A stretch of 64,000 nucleotides of DNA, taken from Bacteroidia bacterium (GTDB lineage Bacteria; Bacteroidota; Bacteroidia; 2-12-FULL-35-15). The stretch is from assembly GCA_039937835.1 (NCBI GenBank), contig JBDTFR010000054.1:9543-73542 (forward strand). Direction: 5' to 3'. Below are positions 40,610 to 50,725 of this stretch, in pieces. Each line of letters opens with the position of its first letter. Within the stretch, counting starts at the first letter, position 1. The notes under the pieces were generated by a model that saw only the letters and a list, made by a program, of their open reading frames with translations, was not told where the DNA came from and made no database searches. The translations under genes were made by a program, and so were the position numbers.

Positions 40610-41755
40610 TTACTCTATTATAATTTTTTTGCAGGTTACATTTTTGTAATTGTCAGTTGCATTTAAAAAGTATATTCCTTTAGCTTCTTTACTCAAATCT
40701 ATTGTTGTTTGTTGGTTGCAGAGTTCTGTTTTATAAATGAGTTCACCAAAAATATTATGAATTTTTATTTCTATTTTGGTCGTGCTATTTTGTTTTAATA
40801 TAAAATTACCATTTGTAGGGTTGGGGTAGACACTTAACCCGATTATTGAACTATTTTCTGATACGGAAGCAATAACGCCACAATTTACGTTTGTAAGAAA
40901 TTTTGATGCTGTTACGTGCTGATTCATAGAATCATTTTTCACAATTTTGCAATAGCAACTATCGTCATTCAAAAATAAATTCATCCAAGCAAAGGCAACA
41001 TTTCCTAAATCGCCTTTCCCAAAACTTGGCGACAAACCTGTGCTATGGTCGCCTTTAGCAATTTCAAATAGCACTTTTTGTGTTGTAGCAGGAGTGAAAT
41101 CATAGTGTAAATTCGCATGCTTTGCAGGTGGTGCAACATTATCAAGTTGTGCGCTAAAAATTAAAATAGGTGAAGAATGATTCAAATTTGCTGCAATTAA
41201 TTTTGAATTGTCCAGCCATGGAGCAATTGCAAAAACAGCTTTTACTCTTTTGTCTAAAACAGATGCTAATTGAGCACCGCCGCCTCCCATTGACCAACCT
41301 CCAACAGCAACATTATTTGTGTCTAAATTATTATGTAGCGGAGAAGCAATTCTTTTATTTTCTAGTTTCAAGGTTACCATTGCATCTAATAATGCTTTTG
41401 CTCTTAATTCTGGCTGGTCACTTGTATTATTCGTTCCAATAGCCATAGCAACAAATCCATGTGAGGCAAAAAACCTGCCCCAGCTAGCTACCGATGTTTG
41501 AGCTGCAAGATAACCTGGTACTAAAACGATACTTTTATAGTTCCCTGAGCCTTTGACAGGGTAATACAATGTTGCACCTTTGTAGTCGGGCCCATTTCGC
41601 ATTCCGTTAGATTCTAATACTGAATCAATAGAGAAAGTAACAAAATTTGAGATTGCTGCAACGGTTACTTTAGAACATTGGCTTGATGCAGTTTTAAAAG
41701 CAATTGCAAAAAAAATAAAAAGAATTGATTTCGTTTTCATTTTTAGGTTTTTCAT
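40610..41755 (-). CDS. PETase/cutinase-like alpha/beta hydrolase (polyesterase-like) with T9SS C-terminal sorting domain
   Basis: Colinear with IsPETase: 'VLVPGYLAAQTSVASWGRFFASHGFVAMAIGTNNTSDQP', 'GGWSMGGGG' (Ser nucleophile), 'APWLD', 'LIFSAQLDNVAP' (Asp), 'IAKGDHS' (His), 'AWMNLFLNDD'. C-terminal 'VYPNPTNGNFIL...GIYFL' is a T9SS CTD. Confidence 0.8.
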   Translation of the reverse strand: MKNLKMKTKSILFIFFAIAFKTASSQCSKVTVAAISNFVTFSIDSVLESNGMRNGPDYKGATLYYPVKGSGNYKSIVLVPGYLAAQTSVASWGRFFASHGFVAMAIGTNNTSDQPELRAKALLDAMVTLKLENKRIASPLHNNLDTNNVAVGGWSMGGGGAQLASVLDKRVKAVFAIAPWLDNSKLIAANLNHSSPILIFSAQLDNVAPPAKHANLHYDFTPATTQKVLFEIAKGDHSTGLSPSFGKGDLGNVAFAWMNLFLNDDSCYCKIVKNDSMNQHVTASKFLTNVNCGVIASVSENSSIIGLSVYPNPTNGNFILKQNSTTKIEIKIHNIFGELIYKTELCNQQTTIDLSKEAKGIYFLNATDNYKNVTCKKIIIE

Positions 41756-42377
41756 TTTGTTATTAAAAGTTTATTATTTGAGCTTTTTATTAATTACTTA
41801 ATCTGTTCAATTTTCAGTATTTTTAATTTTGTTAGCACTTTTTCTAAGCAGATGCATAACAATTGCATATGGCACGAATGACACTACCAAGCAGTGCGCC
41901 TTCAGTTTGCTCTTATCCAAATTTACAATTTTTTTTAAAACTTTCATTATAAAAGCCAATTTAGAAATTTGTCAGCCATTATACCAGAATATCATACGAA
42001 TAATCGTAACTACTTACTTTTGACATCCTCTTTTGCCCTTACGAGGCTTCATCATTGGTTCACTTGCGTTCAGCTCTTTGTATTCTTACCTACAGAAATC
42101 GTTGTTTCCGTTTTTCTTTATCGCCAACACAAAACAGTTTCTTATTCTTGCAGTATAAAATGGTGTAGTACCTCTTCTGAAAGTCATTATTGAAAGGCCA
42201 ATCTCATCTGTTCTAAAACTTTAGCAATCTCAAGATTGCTGTTCAATTTTACTCGCGATTAAGCTAAAAAATTGCGGGATTAAATGTGCAAAACGGCGCT
42301 AAGAGATAAACTAAATTAAATTTAATGACCTTTCCGCAATTTAGAGAAGCCTGCCGTTGAAAAAATAAAATTGAGCT

Positions 42378-42399
42378 GCAGAAAGTCTGCGTTTTTTTT
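42378..42399 (+). terminator. weak orphan terminator-like element in a 670-bp gene-free region
   Basis: gcagaaagtctgc followed by gtttttttt. No plus-strand CDS lies upstream. Confidence 0.3.
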
Positions 42400-42428
42400 A
42401 GGAAGTAATGGTATAAGTTGGGTTATTT

Positions 42429-43250
42429 TTATTTAAACAGTATTGGATTAGGATGTTTATAAATGTAATTTAATTCAAGTTCTGATTTTTTTGACAATAT
42501 TTTTCTTCCTAATGATTTGTTTTCATTATCATCATTTTTTAAAATATTATTTTTTTGATAATTAATTATTTCAAATTTGGTAGGATGTTTTGGCGCAACG
42601 ATATTATATGTTTTTGAATGTGTTTTTAAATTAATCATTTCTTCAATAACATTACAAATATCATTATAGTGCACGTGGTTTACAATTTGATTTGTACTCT
42701 GAGTGGCATATTTGCTGAAAACCCTATCATCTCCCATTAAACCTGCTAGCCGCAAGATATTAAGTTGAGGATAATGATCTTTCATTAATTTTTCAACAAA
42801 TAATATACTTTGATTTAATTGTTCTTCTGGTATGTTATCTTCGGCTATTTCTTGTTCAATTTGCGGGTATATTCCTATAGAACTCATTAAAAAAATTTGT
42901 TTTTCAAATTTTCCTAAAAATAAACTAATGTTTTCGAATCTATTTTTTAATAGATTAATGTTTGCACTTTTTGAAAAAGGAACTGTAATTATAATTAAAT
43001 CGAGTTCAGCAAATTGTTTTAAATCTTTAAAGTCTTGTAATACCTCATCACTAAAACTTACTATGATGGGATTAAAGCCTTTGCTAATAAGTTCTTCTTT
43101 TTTATCTTCAGATCTTATTGTAGTATAAATTTCATCACCTTCTTTTAAGTGTTGCACGAGTCTTATCCCTAACCAACCACAACCAATGATACCAATTTTA
43201 TTCATATAACAGACAAGATAAACAATTGGAAATAAATAAACGGGGTTCAA
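42429..43250 (-). CDS. NAD(P)-binding SDR/epimerase-family protein
   Basis: 'MNKIGIIGCGWLG' Rossmann motif (likely true start), 'LMSSIGIYP', 'HVHYNDICNVI'. Confidence 0.5.
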   Translation of the reverse strand: MNPVYLFPIVYLVCYMNKIGIIGCGWLGIRLVQHLKEGDEIYTTIRSEDKKEELISKGFNPIIVSFSDEVLQDFKDLKQFAELDLIIITVPFSKSANINLLKNRFENISLFLGKFEKQIFLMSSIGIYPQIEQEIAEDNIPEEQLNQSILFVEKLMKDHYPQLNILRLAGLMGDDRVFSKYATQSTNQIVNHVHYNDICNVIEEMINLKTHSKTYNIVAPKHPTKFEIINYQKNNILKNDDNENKSLGRKILSKKSELELNYIYKHPNPILFK

Positions 43251-43551
43251 TGATTATCTTTTGAATGTTTGCTATTGAGTTCGATATTATCTAAACTTTT
43301 AGTGTATCGACATTTAAAAGAACAAGCTTTTAATCTAAAAAAGTACAGGGTTAGCTAAAAAATGCGCTATCCAATAAACTTAAGTAAACGTAATGAACCT
43401 CCAGCAATTTTATAAAAATAAATTTATTCGACTAAAAAATCAAATTGCAAAAATGATAGTTAGTATTTTTTCATTTTCTCCATATTGTTGTGTCGTCTTT
43501 TAGAATTCTACATAACGATTAATTTATGGCACGTGTCCCGGCGGTCGTGTG

Positions 43552-44014
43552 CTATACATAATGTTGTGCATCGTTTTTTCTTTTGTTAATTCTCTTTAGT
43601 ATTAGTCCAATTAATACAGAGCAAGGTACCGTTATCCAACCAAAAAATAGGAGGCTGAAAAAGGAGAAAGCAAATGCTCCTCCTAACATACTCCAAATAC
43701 TTGCTGGTGGGTCACCAAGAGATCCTGTACATCCACCTGTAGTCCAATAGCAAATATTGGTTCCGATATTTATCAATATAAATGTTAGGTAGTGAGATAT
43801 TGTTCCAGTCAGTAATCCTGTAATAACAATTTTAGTTGTGTCGAATTCGTCTCCAACAATTATATTCCATAATATTCCACCTACAATAAAAGCCGATATT
43901 GGTGCAGCTATTGTAAATACAAAGTAACCATCTCCAATCGCGGATGGTTATCAGAAGACCAACCCCAACTCCAATTATAGCATTCGCTAATCCATATTTT
44001 ATCCAAGCTCTCAA
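43552..44014 (-). pseudogene. frameshifted small membrane protein gene
   Basis: Two overlapping frames encode one continuous hydrophobic protein. The frame switches at a small palindrome, aaccatc-tccaatcgcg-gatggtt (plus ~43924..43947). Confidence 0.35.
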
Positions 44015-44333
44015 CTTTGGCTTTTAATATTGAGCATCATTTTTATATTTATCAAAGTAAAAATTCAAATTTCATTCAACTAAACGGAAATACTATCGAA
44101 CCCATATGCTGTCAACAGAAATATATTTAGATGTTGTTTCATAACTAGCAGCTAAGACGTTTGGCAGCTAAATTTCAGTTTGGGTTTAAACTTTGCCTAC
44201 CGAAATATTACTGACAAAGCTAAATGTTTATTGGCATTTGCAAAGCGAAAATAACTGTCTTGCGCGAAGCGACTGATTTTGCAAATGCCAATGCCGAATG
44301 CCCTAATTGAATTTAGCTGCGGTTATAGCCAAT

Positions 44334-45129
44334 TTATTTAGTTTCTGAATATTCCAACTTAAAGTATTCTCTTGGAGTTCCTTTGAACCCTTGAGATTTC
44401 ACAAATAAGTTTATGGTAAAGGTAGAAGGGGATAAATTAGCAACTAAATTTTGCCCACCAAAATCAAATCCATTTCCATTTGATATTATTTCAAGGCTTC
44501 TTAAATAGTCAAGTTCTATGTCAATTTGTACAATTTCTTTTGTATTCAATATTTCAGATAGTTCATCGTGTGTTAATTGCATATCTTCTGCTAAAATTAA
44601 ACCGTGTTTATCTATTTTTTTCTCACAGTTTATGCATATATAATTTATGATTTTAACTTGATTAGTTGTCAGTAATTTTAATGTATTGGTGAAAAGCAAA
44701 TTACTGTCATCTCCTTCTTTTTCATTGCAAGATGAAGCCAGTAAACCGGCCCACATTGACTGTATATTATCGTCGTCCGTCCACGAAGCGTTTTCAATAA
44801 TCTCCTGGACAAGTTTTGGATGTGCTGTTAATGTTAATTTTTGCTCTTGAAAATCTAAATTTCCCTTCTAATTTATTAATTACATTAATTATGTTATTGA
44901 GTCGCCAATATCTAACTTTATCTCTAAACATTAAACCTAACTCTTCTGCTGCGGGAAGGCAAATCCTACTTAAAACTGCTTCGGCAGCACCGAACCCTTT
45001 TTCCACTGCAATTTTTATTGTTTCGCCATAAGGAGCTATTCCTAATAGGTCTGTCGATTTTAAGGTTGTTTCGTCTTTCATAAATTGGCTATAACAGGGG
45101 GCTAAACGCACTGGTACGTTTAGCCCCAT
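44334..45129 (-). pseudogene. Abi-alpha (DUF4393)-like gene split by a frameshift in an A-run
   Basis: Two adjacent same-strand ORFs in different frames ('...LPAAEELGLMFRDKVRYWRL...' then '...WTDDDNIQSMWAGLLASS...'). The switch occurs at 'gcaaaaattaac' (~44818). Confidence 0.4.
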
Positions 45130-45345
45130 ATGTCTTTATCCCAAATTTAGTGATTCAGTATGAATATTAATACTTTAATTTTAGTGATGCCAGCACTTCC
45201 CTCCTACTATAAAAAACGCTGGTTCTTGAAATAATCAATAATATCTTTTTAAAAATTAGTGTTCTATCAATAACTGTAAGAAATGCCAACACCTTTCAGC
45301 CTCGTACTTTATTCGAATAAATATTTTATCTTTACACCACAAAAT

Positions 45346-45427
45346 GCCCGGGTGGCGAAACTGGTAGACGTGTACGCTTGAGGGGCGTATGTTGCAAGAC
45401 GTAGGAGTTCGAATCTCCTTCCGGGCA
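45346..45427 (+). tRNA. tRNA-Leu (anticodon GAG)
   Basis: Acceptor GCCCGGG/TCCGGGC, anticodon stem TACGC/GCGTA with loop TTGAGGG, long variable arm, T-arm GGAGTTCGAATCTCC. Confidence 0.85.
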
Positions 45428-45485
45428 CTAAAATTATTTTACTTTATTGAATAAAATTTAATCAATAAAAAAATAAAAAATAAAA

Positions 45486-45526
45486 AAGGTTGAAATTAAT
45501 ACTTATTAATTTCAACCTTTTTTTAT
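45486..45526. terminator. bidirectional rho-independent terminator
   Basis: aaggttgaaattaatacttattaatttcaacctt flanked by A-runs and T-runs, between tRNA-Leu and the converging response-regulator gene. Confidence 0.6.
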
Positions 45527-45543
45527 AAAGTATAATCTAAAAT

Positions 45544-46218
45544 TTAATTACCTGCAAAAAGGAAATGATTGGGGCTTATTAAATTTTCTCTTACAGCGAA
45601 TAATACCAAACCTGCTGTATTATTTACACCTAGCTTACTCATAATATTTTTGCGATGCGTGGTAACAGTATGGTTGCTTAAAAATAATTTATCAGCCACT
45701 TCTTTGTTAGACAATCCTTCGGCAATTAATTTTATAATTTCCATTTCCCTATCACTAATGTGTAAACCTACACAAGAATTAATGGGTGTTTCTGCTGTTT
45801 TACCTTGTAAAATTTCGGTAACAATTTTACCACACATAAATTTTTCACCCTGTATGGTCTTGTAAATCGCTTCTATAATTTCATCTGCATCACAATCTTT
45901 AAGTAAATGACTACAAATGCCTATGCTTATTGCTTTGGATATGATGTTGCTTGTATTGGGCTCTGTAATAGCAAGTATTTTAGCATTGGGGTAATTTTTC
46001 ACCACTAATGGTAAACCCTCTACACTAAAATTTGCCGAAGTATAATCAATGATAATTAAATCTGGTTTGTAAAATTTAGATTGATTGATTAAATCAGATG
46101 TACTTAAAGCCTCTGCAGTTAATATAAAATCATTGTTTTCGCTGATTAAAACAGTTAGCCCTTTGCGACTTAAAAAATGACTATCAGCAACGGTTATGTT
46201 AATTTTTTTCACAAACAA
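45544..46218 (-). CDS. LuxR/NarL-family two-component response regulator
   Basis: REC domain ('VADSHFL', 'DLIIIDY') plus C-terminal HTH 'LSNKEVADKLFLSNHTVTTHRKNIMSKLGV'. Confidence 0.85.
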   Translation of the reverse strand: MFVKKINITVADSHFLSRKGLTVLISENNDFILTAEALSTSDLINQSKFYKPDLIIIDYTSANFSVEGLPLVVKNYPNAKILAITEPNTSNIISKAISIGICSHLLKDCDADEIIEAIYKTIQGEKFMCGKIVTEILQGKTAETPINSCVGLHISDREMEIIKLIAEGLSNKEVADKLFLSNHTVTTHRKNIMSKLGVNNTAGLVLFAVRENLISPNHFLFAGN

Positions 46219-46283
46219 TTATTTAGATTAATTTTAAATAATAATCAAAAATACAAATTTATGTAATGATAACCACTAAAAAC

Positions 46284-47207
46284 TTAAATTATTTTAAGTG
46301 GAACCATAATCTGTTCACCTTCAACGGCAAGTATGGTGTTTTCAAAATTAATTTTAGCTTCTGCTAATAAGGGTTGTAAATCTTTGTAACGTGCAGAATA
46401 ATGACCTATTACTAATTTATTTACTGTTGCCTTTTTAGCCATTAAACCAGCTTGTAATGCGGTAGTATGATAGGTTTCTTTGGCGCGTGCTAACATTTCA
46501 TTTAAAAAAGTAGCTTCGTGATAGAGCAGATCTGAATTGGCAATAAATTCAATAATACGTTCATCATAACAAGTATCAGAAACATAGGAATATTTACGAG
46601 GCCTGTACCTTATTAAAAGATCATCATTAGATATTGTCTTATTTTTATAAATATAATCAGCTCCTTTTTTTATTTCAAAAATTTGTTCCACTGGTATTTC
46701 GTATTTGCTAATCATTTCTTTTGAAATGCTTGGCACAATATCCTTCTCTTTAAAAATAAAACCACTACAAGGTATTCTGTGGTTCAATACAATTGTTCGC
46801 ACTTCTACTTTGTCATCATCAAAAATTATATCATTATGGATGTATTGATGAGGGTGATAAATAATTTTATAGTTCAAATACGTTTGAGAATGTTTGTATT
46901 GTATTTCTATGATCTCTTGTAATCCGGGAGGACAAAACAAATGCAAATCAACCGTTCTGCCCAGTAAATGCATGCTAGAAAGTAAACCTATTAGACCCAA
47001 ATAATGATCGCCATGCAAATGACTAATAAATATGTGATTGATGCGCTGAAATTTTAATTTAAACTTGCGTAATTGTATTTGGGTGCCTTCTCCGCAATCA
47101 ATTAAAAAAAACCGCTCAGCTATGTTAAGCAGCTGAGCGGTTGGATTACGGTTGGAGGTTGGTGTTGCGCTACTACAACCTAAAATAGTAAGTTCAAAAT
47201 TTTGCAT
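46284..47207 (-). CDS. rnz: ribonuclease Z (tRNA 3' processing)
   Basis: 'ILGCSSATPT', 'LIDCGEGTQ', 'ISHLHGDH' metallo-beta-lactamase motifs in RNase Z arrangement. Confidence 0.85.
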   Translation of the reverse strand: MQNFELTILGCSSATPTSNRNPTAQLLNIAERFFLIDCGEGTQIQLRKFKLKFQRINHIFISHLHGDHYLGLIGLLSSMHLLGRTVDLHLFCPPGLQEIIEIQYKHSQTYLNYKIIYHPHQYIHNDIIFDDDKVEVRTIVLNHRIPCSGFIFKEKDIVPSISKEMISKYEIPVEQIFEIKKGADYIYKNKTISNDDLLIRYRPRKYSYVSDTCYDERIIEFIANSDLLYHEATFLNEMLARAKETYHTTALQAGLMAKKATVNKLVIGHYSARYKDLQPLLAEAKINFENTILAVEGEQIMVPLKII

Positions 47208-47209
47208 TC

Positions 47210-47971
47210 TTATTTATTCGATACAATCATTCTTTTAGTAATGGTACGATCATTATTTTTTAAAGAATAAACATATATACCAGGAGCAAATGTATTTGCT
47301 TCTAATGTAATAGTATTAATACCTGTGGTTGATTTAATAACATTTGAATACTCTACTTTACCTAGCATATTAAATACTTTAAATTCAACCGTTGAATTAT
47401 TTATTGAAGAAAAATTAATGATTGATTTTTCGTTAAACGGGTTAGGGCTGTTTTGATCTACATCAAATTTAGCAAGATCTAGATCTTTAATGCCATTAGG
47501 ATCTGCTACTATACTTTTGTAGTTATTGTTAGGATAGGAATAATTATTAACCGGAATTGAACCAACTTTTCCAGATAACGAAAGTTTTATAAGAATTCTT
47601 GTATTCCATGCCTTGGTAGGTATTCCAGAAATTAAAAGACAAGCTGTTGTTCCGCCTAAAAATTTGCAATTTGCAGGCACACACTTATAGGTTAAGCCCG
47701 GAGCTAAATTTTCAATTCCTACTACTTTAACAGTATCTATAATGCCGCCCGGTAAACCAAATTCATCACTTGTTGTTGGTATTTTAATACTTAACGTAGC
47801 ACTATAAATTTCACCTACTTTACCAATTGGAAGACCAACGGTACTATCAGGACAAATACCAAATGTTTTATTAGCTGGCACGCAAGAAACATCAGGAATA
47901 CATTGTGCTACTGCTTGGGTAGCTATTGATCCAGATGCAATTAATAAGATAGAGAGTAATTTTTTTATCAT
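47210..47971 (-). CDS. secreted protein with T9SS C-terminal sorting domain
   Basis: Signal peptide. C-terminal 'EFKVFNMLGKVEY...GIYVYSLKNNDRTITKRMIV' matches the Por CTD. Confidence 0.6.
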   Translation of the reverse strand: MIKKLLSILLIASGSIATQAVAQCIPDVSCVPANKTFGICPDSTVGLPIGKVGEIYSATLSIKIPTTSDEFGLPGGIIDTVKVVGIENLAPGLTYKCVPANCKFLGGTTACLLISGIPTKAWNTRILIKLSLSGKVGSIPVNNYSYPNNNYKSIVADPNGIKDLDLAKFDVDQNSPNPFNEKSIINFSSINNSTVEFKVFNMLGKVEYSNVIKSTTGINTITLEANTFAPGIYVYSLKNNDRTITKRMIVSNK

Positions 47972-47994
47972 GTAAAATGTTTTGATTTATTAAT

Positions 47995-48393
47995 TTATTG
48001 AACTTCAACCATTAATTCTGTGGCTTCAGATAGTGTATTGGTAATGTTTAAAATACTATCCAATTGAGAGATAGAAATTAATTTTTTAACTGGTTCTTGT
48101 AAACCCGTTAAAATAAACATACCATCGCTATTTTTACATAAACGGTTAGCAACTAGTATTGCACTTAATCCAGAAGAATCGCAATAACGCGTATTCGTTA
48201 AATCGATAATAATATTTTTAGCACCATCCGTATTTAATACCACTAATTCTGATTTAAGTGAAGGAGAAAGGGTGCTATCTAACTTTTCTGCTTGTAACTT
48301 AATTAGGGTATACCGTTCGTTTTTGTCGATTTTAAAGTTCATAAGAAGTTGAGTTGTTTTAACAAATATATAATAAATTGGTTGATTGCACAA
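47995..48393 (-). CDS. STAS-domain protein (anti-sigma-factor antagonist-like)
   Basis: 'IIDLTNTRYCDSSGLSAILVANR' is the STAS fold signature. The true start is probably the internal Met ('MNFKIDKNER', ~48342). Confidence 0.6.
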   Translation of the reverse strand: MCNQPIYYIFVKTTQLLMNFKIDKNERYTLIKLQAEKLDSTLSPSLKSELVVLNTDGAKNIIIDLTNTRYCDSSGLSAILVANRLCKNSDGMFILTGLQEPVKKLISISQLDSILNITNTLSEATELMVEVQ

Positions 48394-48422
48394 ATAAAAT
48401 GGACTAGCTTTTTTGTTAAAAT

Positions 48423-49346
48423 TTAAAGCCTTCCCGCCAAAAGAAATAAAACTGCCATTCTTACGGCTACACCATTTTCTACCTGATCTAATATAATACT
48501 TTGATCACTATCTGCTACATCACTGGTTATTTCTACCCCCCTATTAATAGGCCCTGGATGCATAATCAAAATTTTTTTCGATAAGGAATCTAGCAGTTTT
48601 TTATTGAGCCCAAACAACATGATGTATTCTCTCAGTGAAGGGAAATATTTTATATCCTGACGCTCCATTTGTATACGCAACATATTGGCAACATCACACC
48701 ACGTTAGTGCCTTCCGTAAATTATGTTCTACTTTTACACCCAAACTGCCAATGTATTTAGGTATTAAGGTTGTTGGACCGCATACCATTACTTCTGCTCC
48801 TAGTTTTTGCAAACAAAAAATGTTTGATAAAGCAACCCGAGAATGTAAAACATCTCCAACAATTACTATTTTTTTTCCTTTTACCTCGCCTAATTTTTCT
48901 TTAATAGAAAAAGCATCTAACAATGCTTGTGTAGGGTGTTCGTGTGCGCCATCGCCTGCATTAATAATTTTTGATTCCACATGTTTTGATAAAAACAATG
49001 CTGCGCCAGGATTAGGGTGCCTCATTACGATCATATCTACCTTCATTGCTAAAATATTATTTACTGTATCAATCAAGGTTTCCCCTTTAGATACAGAAGA
49101 CGAAGAGGATGCAAAATTAATAACATCAGCGCTTAATCGTTTTTCAGCTAATTCAAATGATAATTTAGTACGAGTAGAGTTTTCAAAAAATAAATTGGCA
49201 ATGGTAATATCTCTCAGCGAAGGAACACGCTTAATAGGGCGATTAATAACTTCTTTAAAATTTTCTGCGGTGTTTAAAATTAATTGAATATCGGCAGCCG
49301 TAAGGTCTTTTATTCCAAGTAAATGTTTTGTACTTAGTTTATTCAT
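48423..49346 (-). CDS. pyrB: aspartate carbamoyltransferase catalytic subunit
   Basis: 'STRTR', 'HPTQ', 'HPGP' signatures. Confidence 0.9.
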   Translation of the reverse strand: MNKLSTKHLLGIKDLTAADIQLILNTAENFKEVINRPIKRVPSLRDITIANLFFENSTRTKLSFELAEKRLSADVINFASSSSSVSKGETLIDTVNNILAMKVDMIVMRHPNPGAALFLSKHVESKIINAGDGAHEHPTQALLDAFSIKEKLGEVKGKKIVIVGDVLHSRVALSNIFCLQKLGAEVMVCGPTTLIPKYIGSLGVKVEHNLRKALTWCDVANMLRIQMERQDIKYFPSLREYIMLFGLNKKLLDSLSKKILIMHPGPINRGVEITSDVADSDQSIILDQVENGVAVRMAVLFLLAGRL

Positions 49347-49890
49347 TTGATAATAGTGTTACTTTATCTGCTCCATCAATTTCTTTCCACTCTACTTTTA
49401 CTTTTTCTGAAACAATGGAGTCTATTGTTTTTCCTATATATTTAGCTTGTATGGGCAAATGACGGCTAAGTCTTCTGTCAATTAATACCAATAACTCTAC
49501 ATCATTAGGGCGCCCAAATGCTTGCATAGCATCTAATCCAGCACGTATGGTGCGGCCAGTAAACAACACATCATCTACCAATATCACGTTTTTATCTTCT
49601 ATAATAAAATCAATTTCAGTAGCATTGGGTACTAATTCTTTGGTGCGAAAATCGTCTCTATAAAAAGTAATATCAAGGCTTCCGCATTGGATATCTTTTT
49701 TCTTTAAAATTTGAATTAATCTTTTTTGAATTCGGTGGGCAAGAAAAATCCCTCGAGGTTGTAATCCTATGATTACCGACTTAGAAAAATCATTATGTAC
49801 TTCGATAAGTTGATAACAAAGACGAGTAACGGTAATTTCGAGGTGCTCGCTGTCTAAAATGATTCTAGGCTTCATCATATCAGAAAACAA
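49339..49890 (-). CDS. pyrR: bifunctional pyrimidine operon regulator / uracil phosphoribosyltransferase PyrR
   Basis: PRTase motif 'VILVDDVLFTGRT'. PyrR size, and an 8-bp overlap with pyrB. Confidence 0.85.
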   Translation of the reverse strand: MFSDMMKPRIILDSEHLEITVTRLCYQLIEVHNDFSKSVIIGLQPRGIFLAHRIQKRLIQILKKKDIQCGSLDITFYRDDFRTKELVPNATEIDFIIEDKNVILVDDVLFTGRTIRAGLDAMQAFGRPNDVELLVLIDRRLSRHLPIQAKYIGKTIDSIVSEKVKVEWKEIDGADKVTLLSNE

Positions 49891-49963
49891 AGATATACGA
49901 AAAGTTGAATTTTTTAGTATTCTCTTTCATTTTTAAATTTTTAGCATATTTTTATTGGCAAAT

Positions 49964-50725
49964 TTATAATTTTATTTTTAATCCATCGTAAGCCAATTCA
50001 ATGGTTGGAGGCAATTCTTTTGAAACTTCTGCATGTAAACCCAGTTGATGGCTAATGTGCGTAAAATAAGCTTTTTCTGGTTTTAATTCTTCTACTAACT
50101 TTATTGCCTGCTCCATATTAAAGTGCGAAATATGAGGTTCTTTACGAAGTGCATTTAAGACTAACACTTTTGAGCCAATGATTTTTACTTTTTCTTTTTC
50201 TGAAATATAATTAGCATCGGTAATGTATGTAAAATCATTTATTCGAAAACCAAACACGGGTAGTTTATAGTGTATTACTTCTATGGGTAAAAAATCAACT
50301 CCATGAATAGTGGTTAATTTATTCTCTAATAAATGCAAGTTAATTTCCGGAATACCTGGATATTTAAAATCGCTAAAAATATACGCAAATTCTCGCTTAA
50401 GTGCGTCTTGTACTCTTGCAGATGCATATACATCTATTCTTTTTTGATTGATGAAATTAAAAGGTCTAATATCATCAAATCCTGCAGTATGATCTTTATG
50501 TTCATGCGTAAAAATAACTGCATCGAGCTGTTTTACATTTTCTCTCAACATCTGTTGACGAAAATCAGGTCCTGTATCAATTACAAATGATTTGTTATTT
50601 GCCTCTACCAAAATAGACGCTCGTAAACGTTTATCTTTTGTATCAACAGATTTACAAACATCACAATCACACGCAATAATAGGTACGCCTTGTGAAGTTC
50701 CTGTTCCTAAAAATGTTATTTGCAC
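49964..50725 (-). CDS. MBL-fold metallo-hydrolase (PhnP-like)
   Basis: 'THEHKDH' metal-binding motif and 'IDTGPD'. Confidence 0.75.
   Translation of the reverse strand: MQITFLGTGTSQGVPIIACDCDVCKSVDTKDKRLRASILVEANNKSFVIDTGPDFRQQMLRENVKQLDAVIFTHEHKDHTAGFDDIRPFNFINQKRIDVYASARVQDALKREFAYIFSDFKYPGIPEINLHLLENKLTTIHGVDFLPIEVIHYKLPVFGFRINDFTYITDANYISEKEKVKIIGSKVLVLNALRKEPHISHFNMEQAIKLVEELKPEKAYFTHISHQLGLHAEVSKELPPTIELAYDGLKIKL

Noticed and set aside
41829-42200. Possible tmRNA or SRP RNA in the long intergenic region
   Set aside because: No TTCGA T-loop plus acceptor pairing, no ANDENYALAA-type tag frame, and no SRP domain IV motif were found.
49891-49963. PyrR-binding attenuator in the pyrR leader
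   Set aside because: The leader is short (~70 nt) and AT-rich, with no recognisable anti-terminator/terminator pair or conserved PyrR binding loop.
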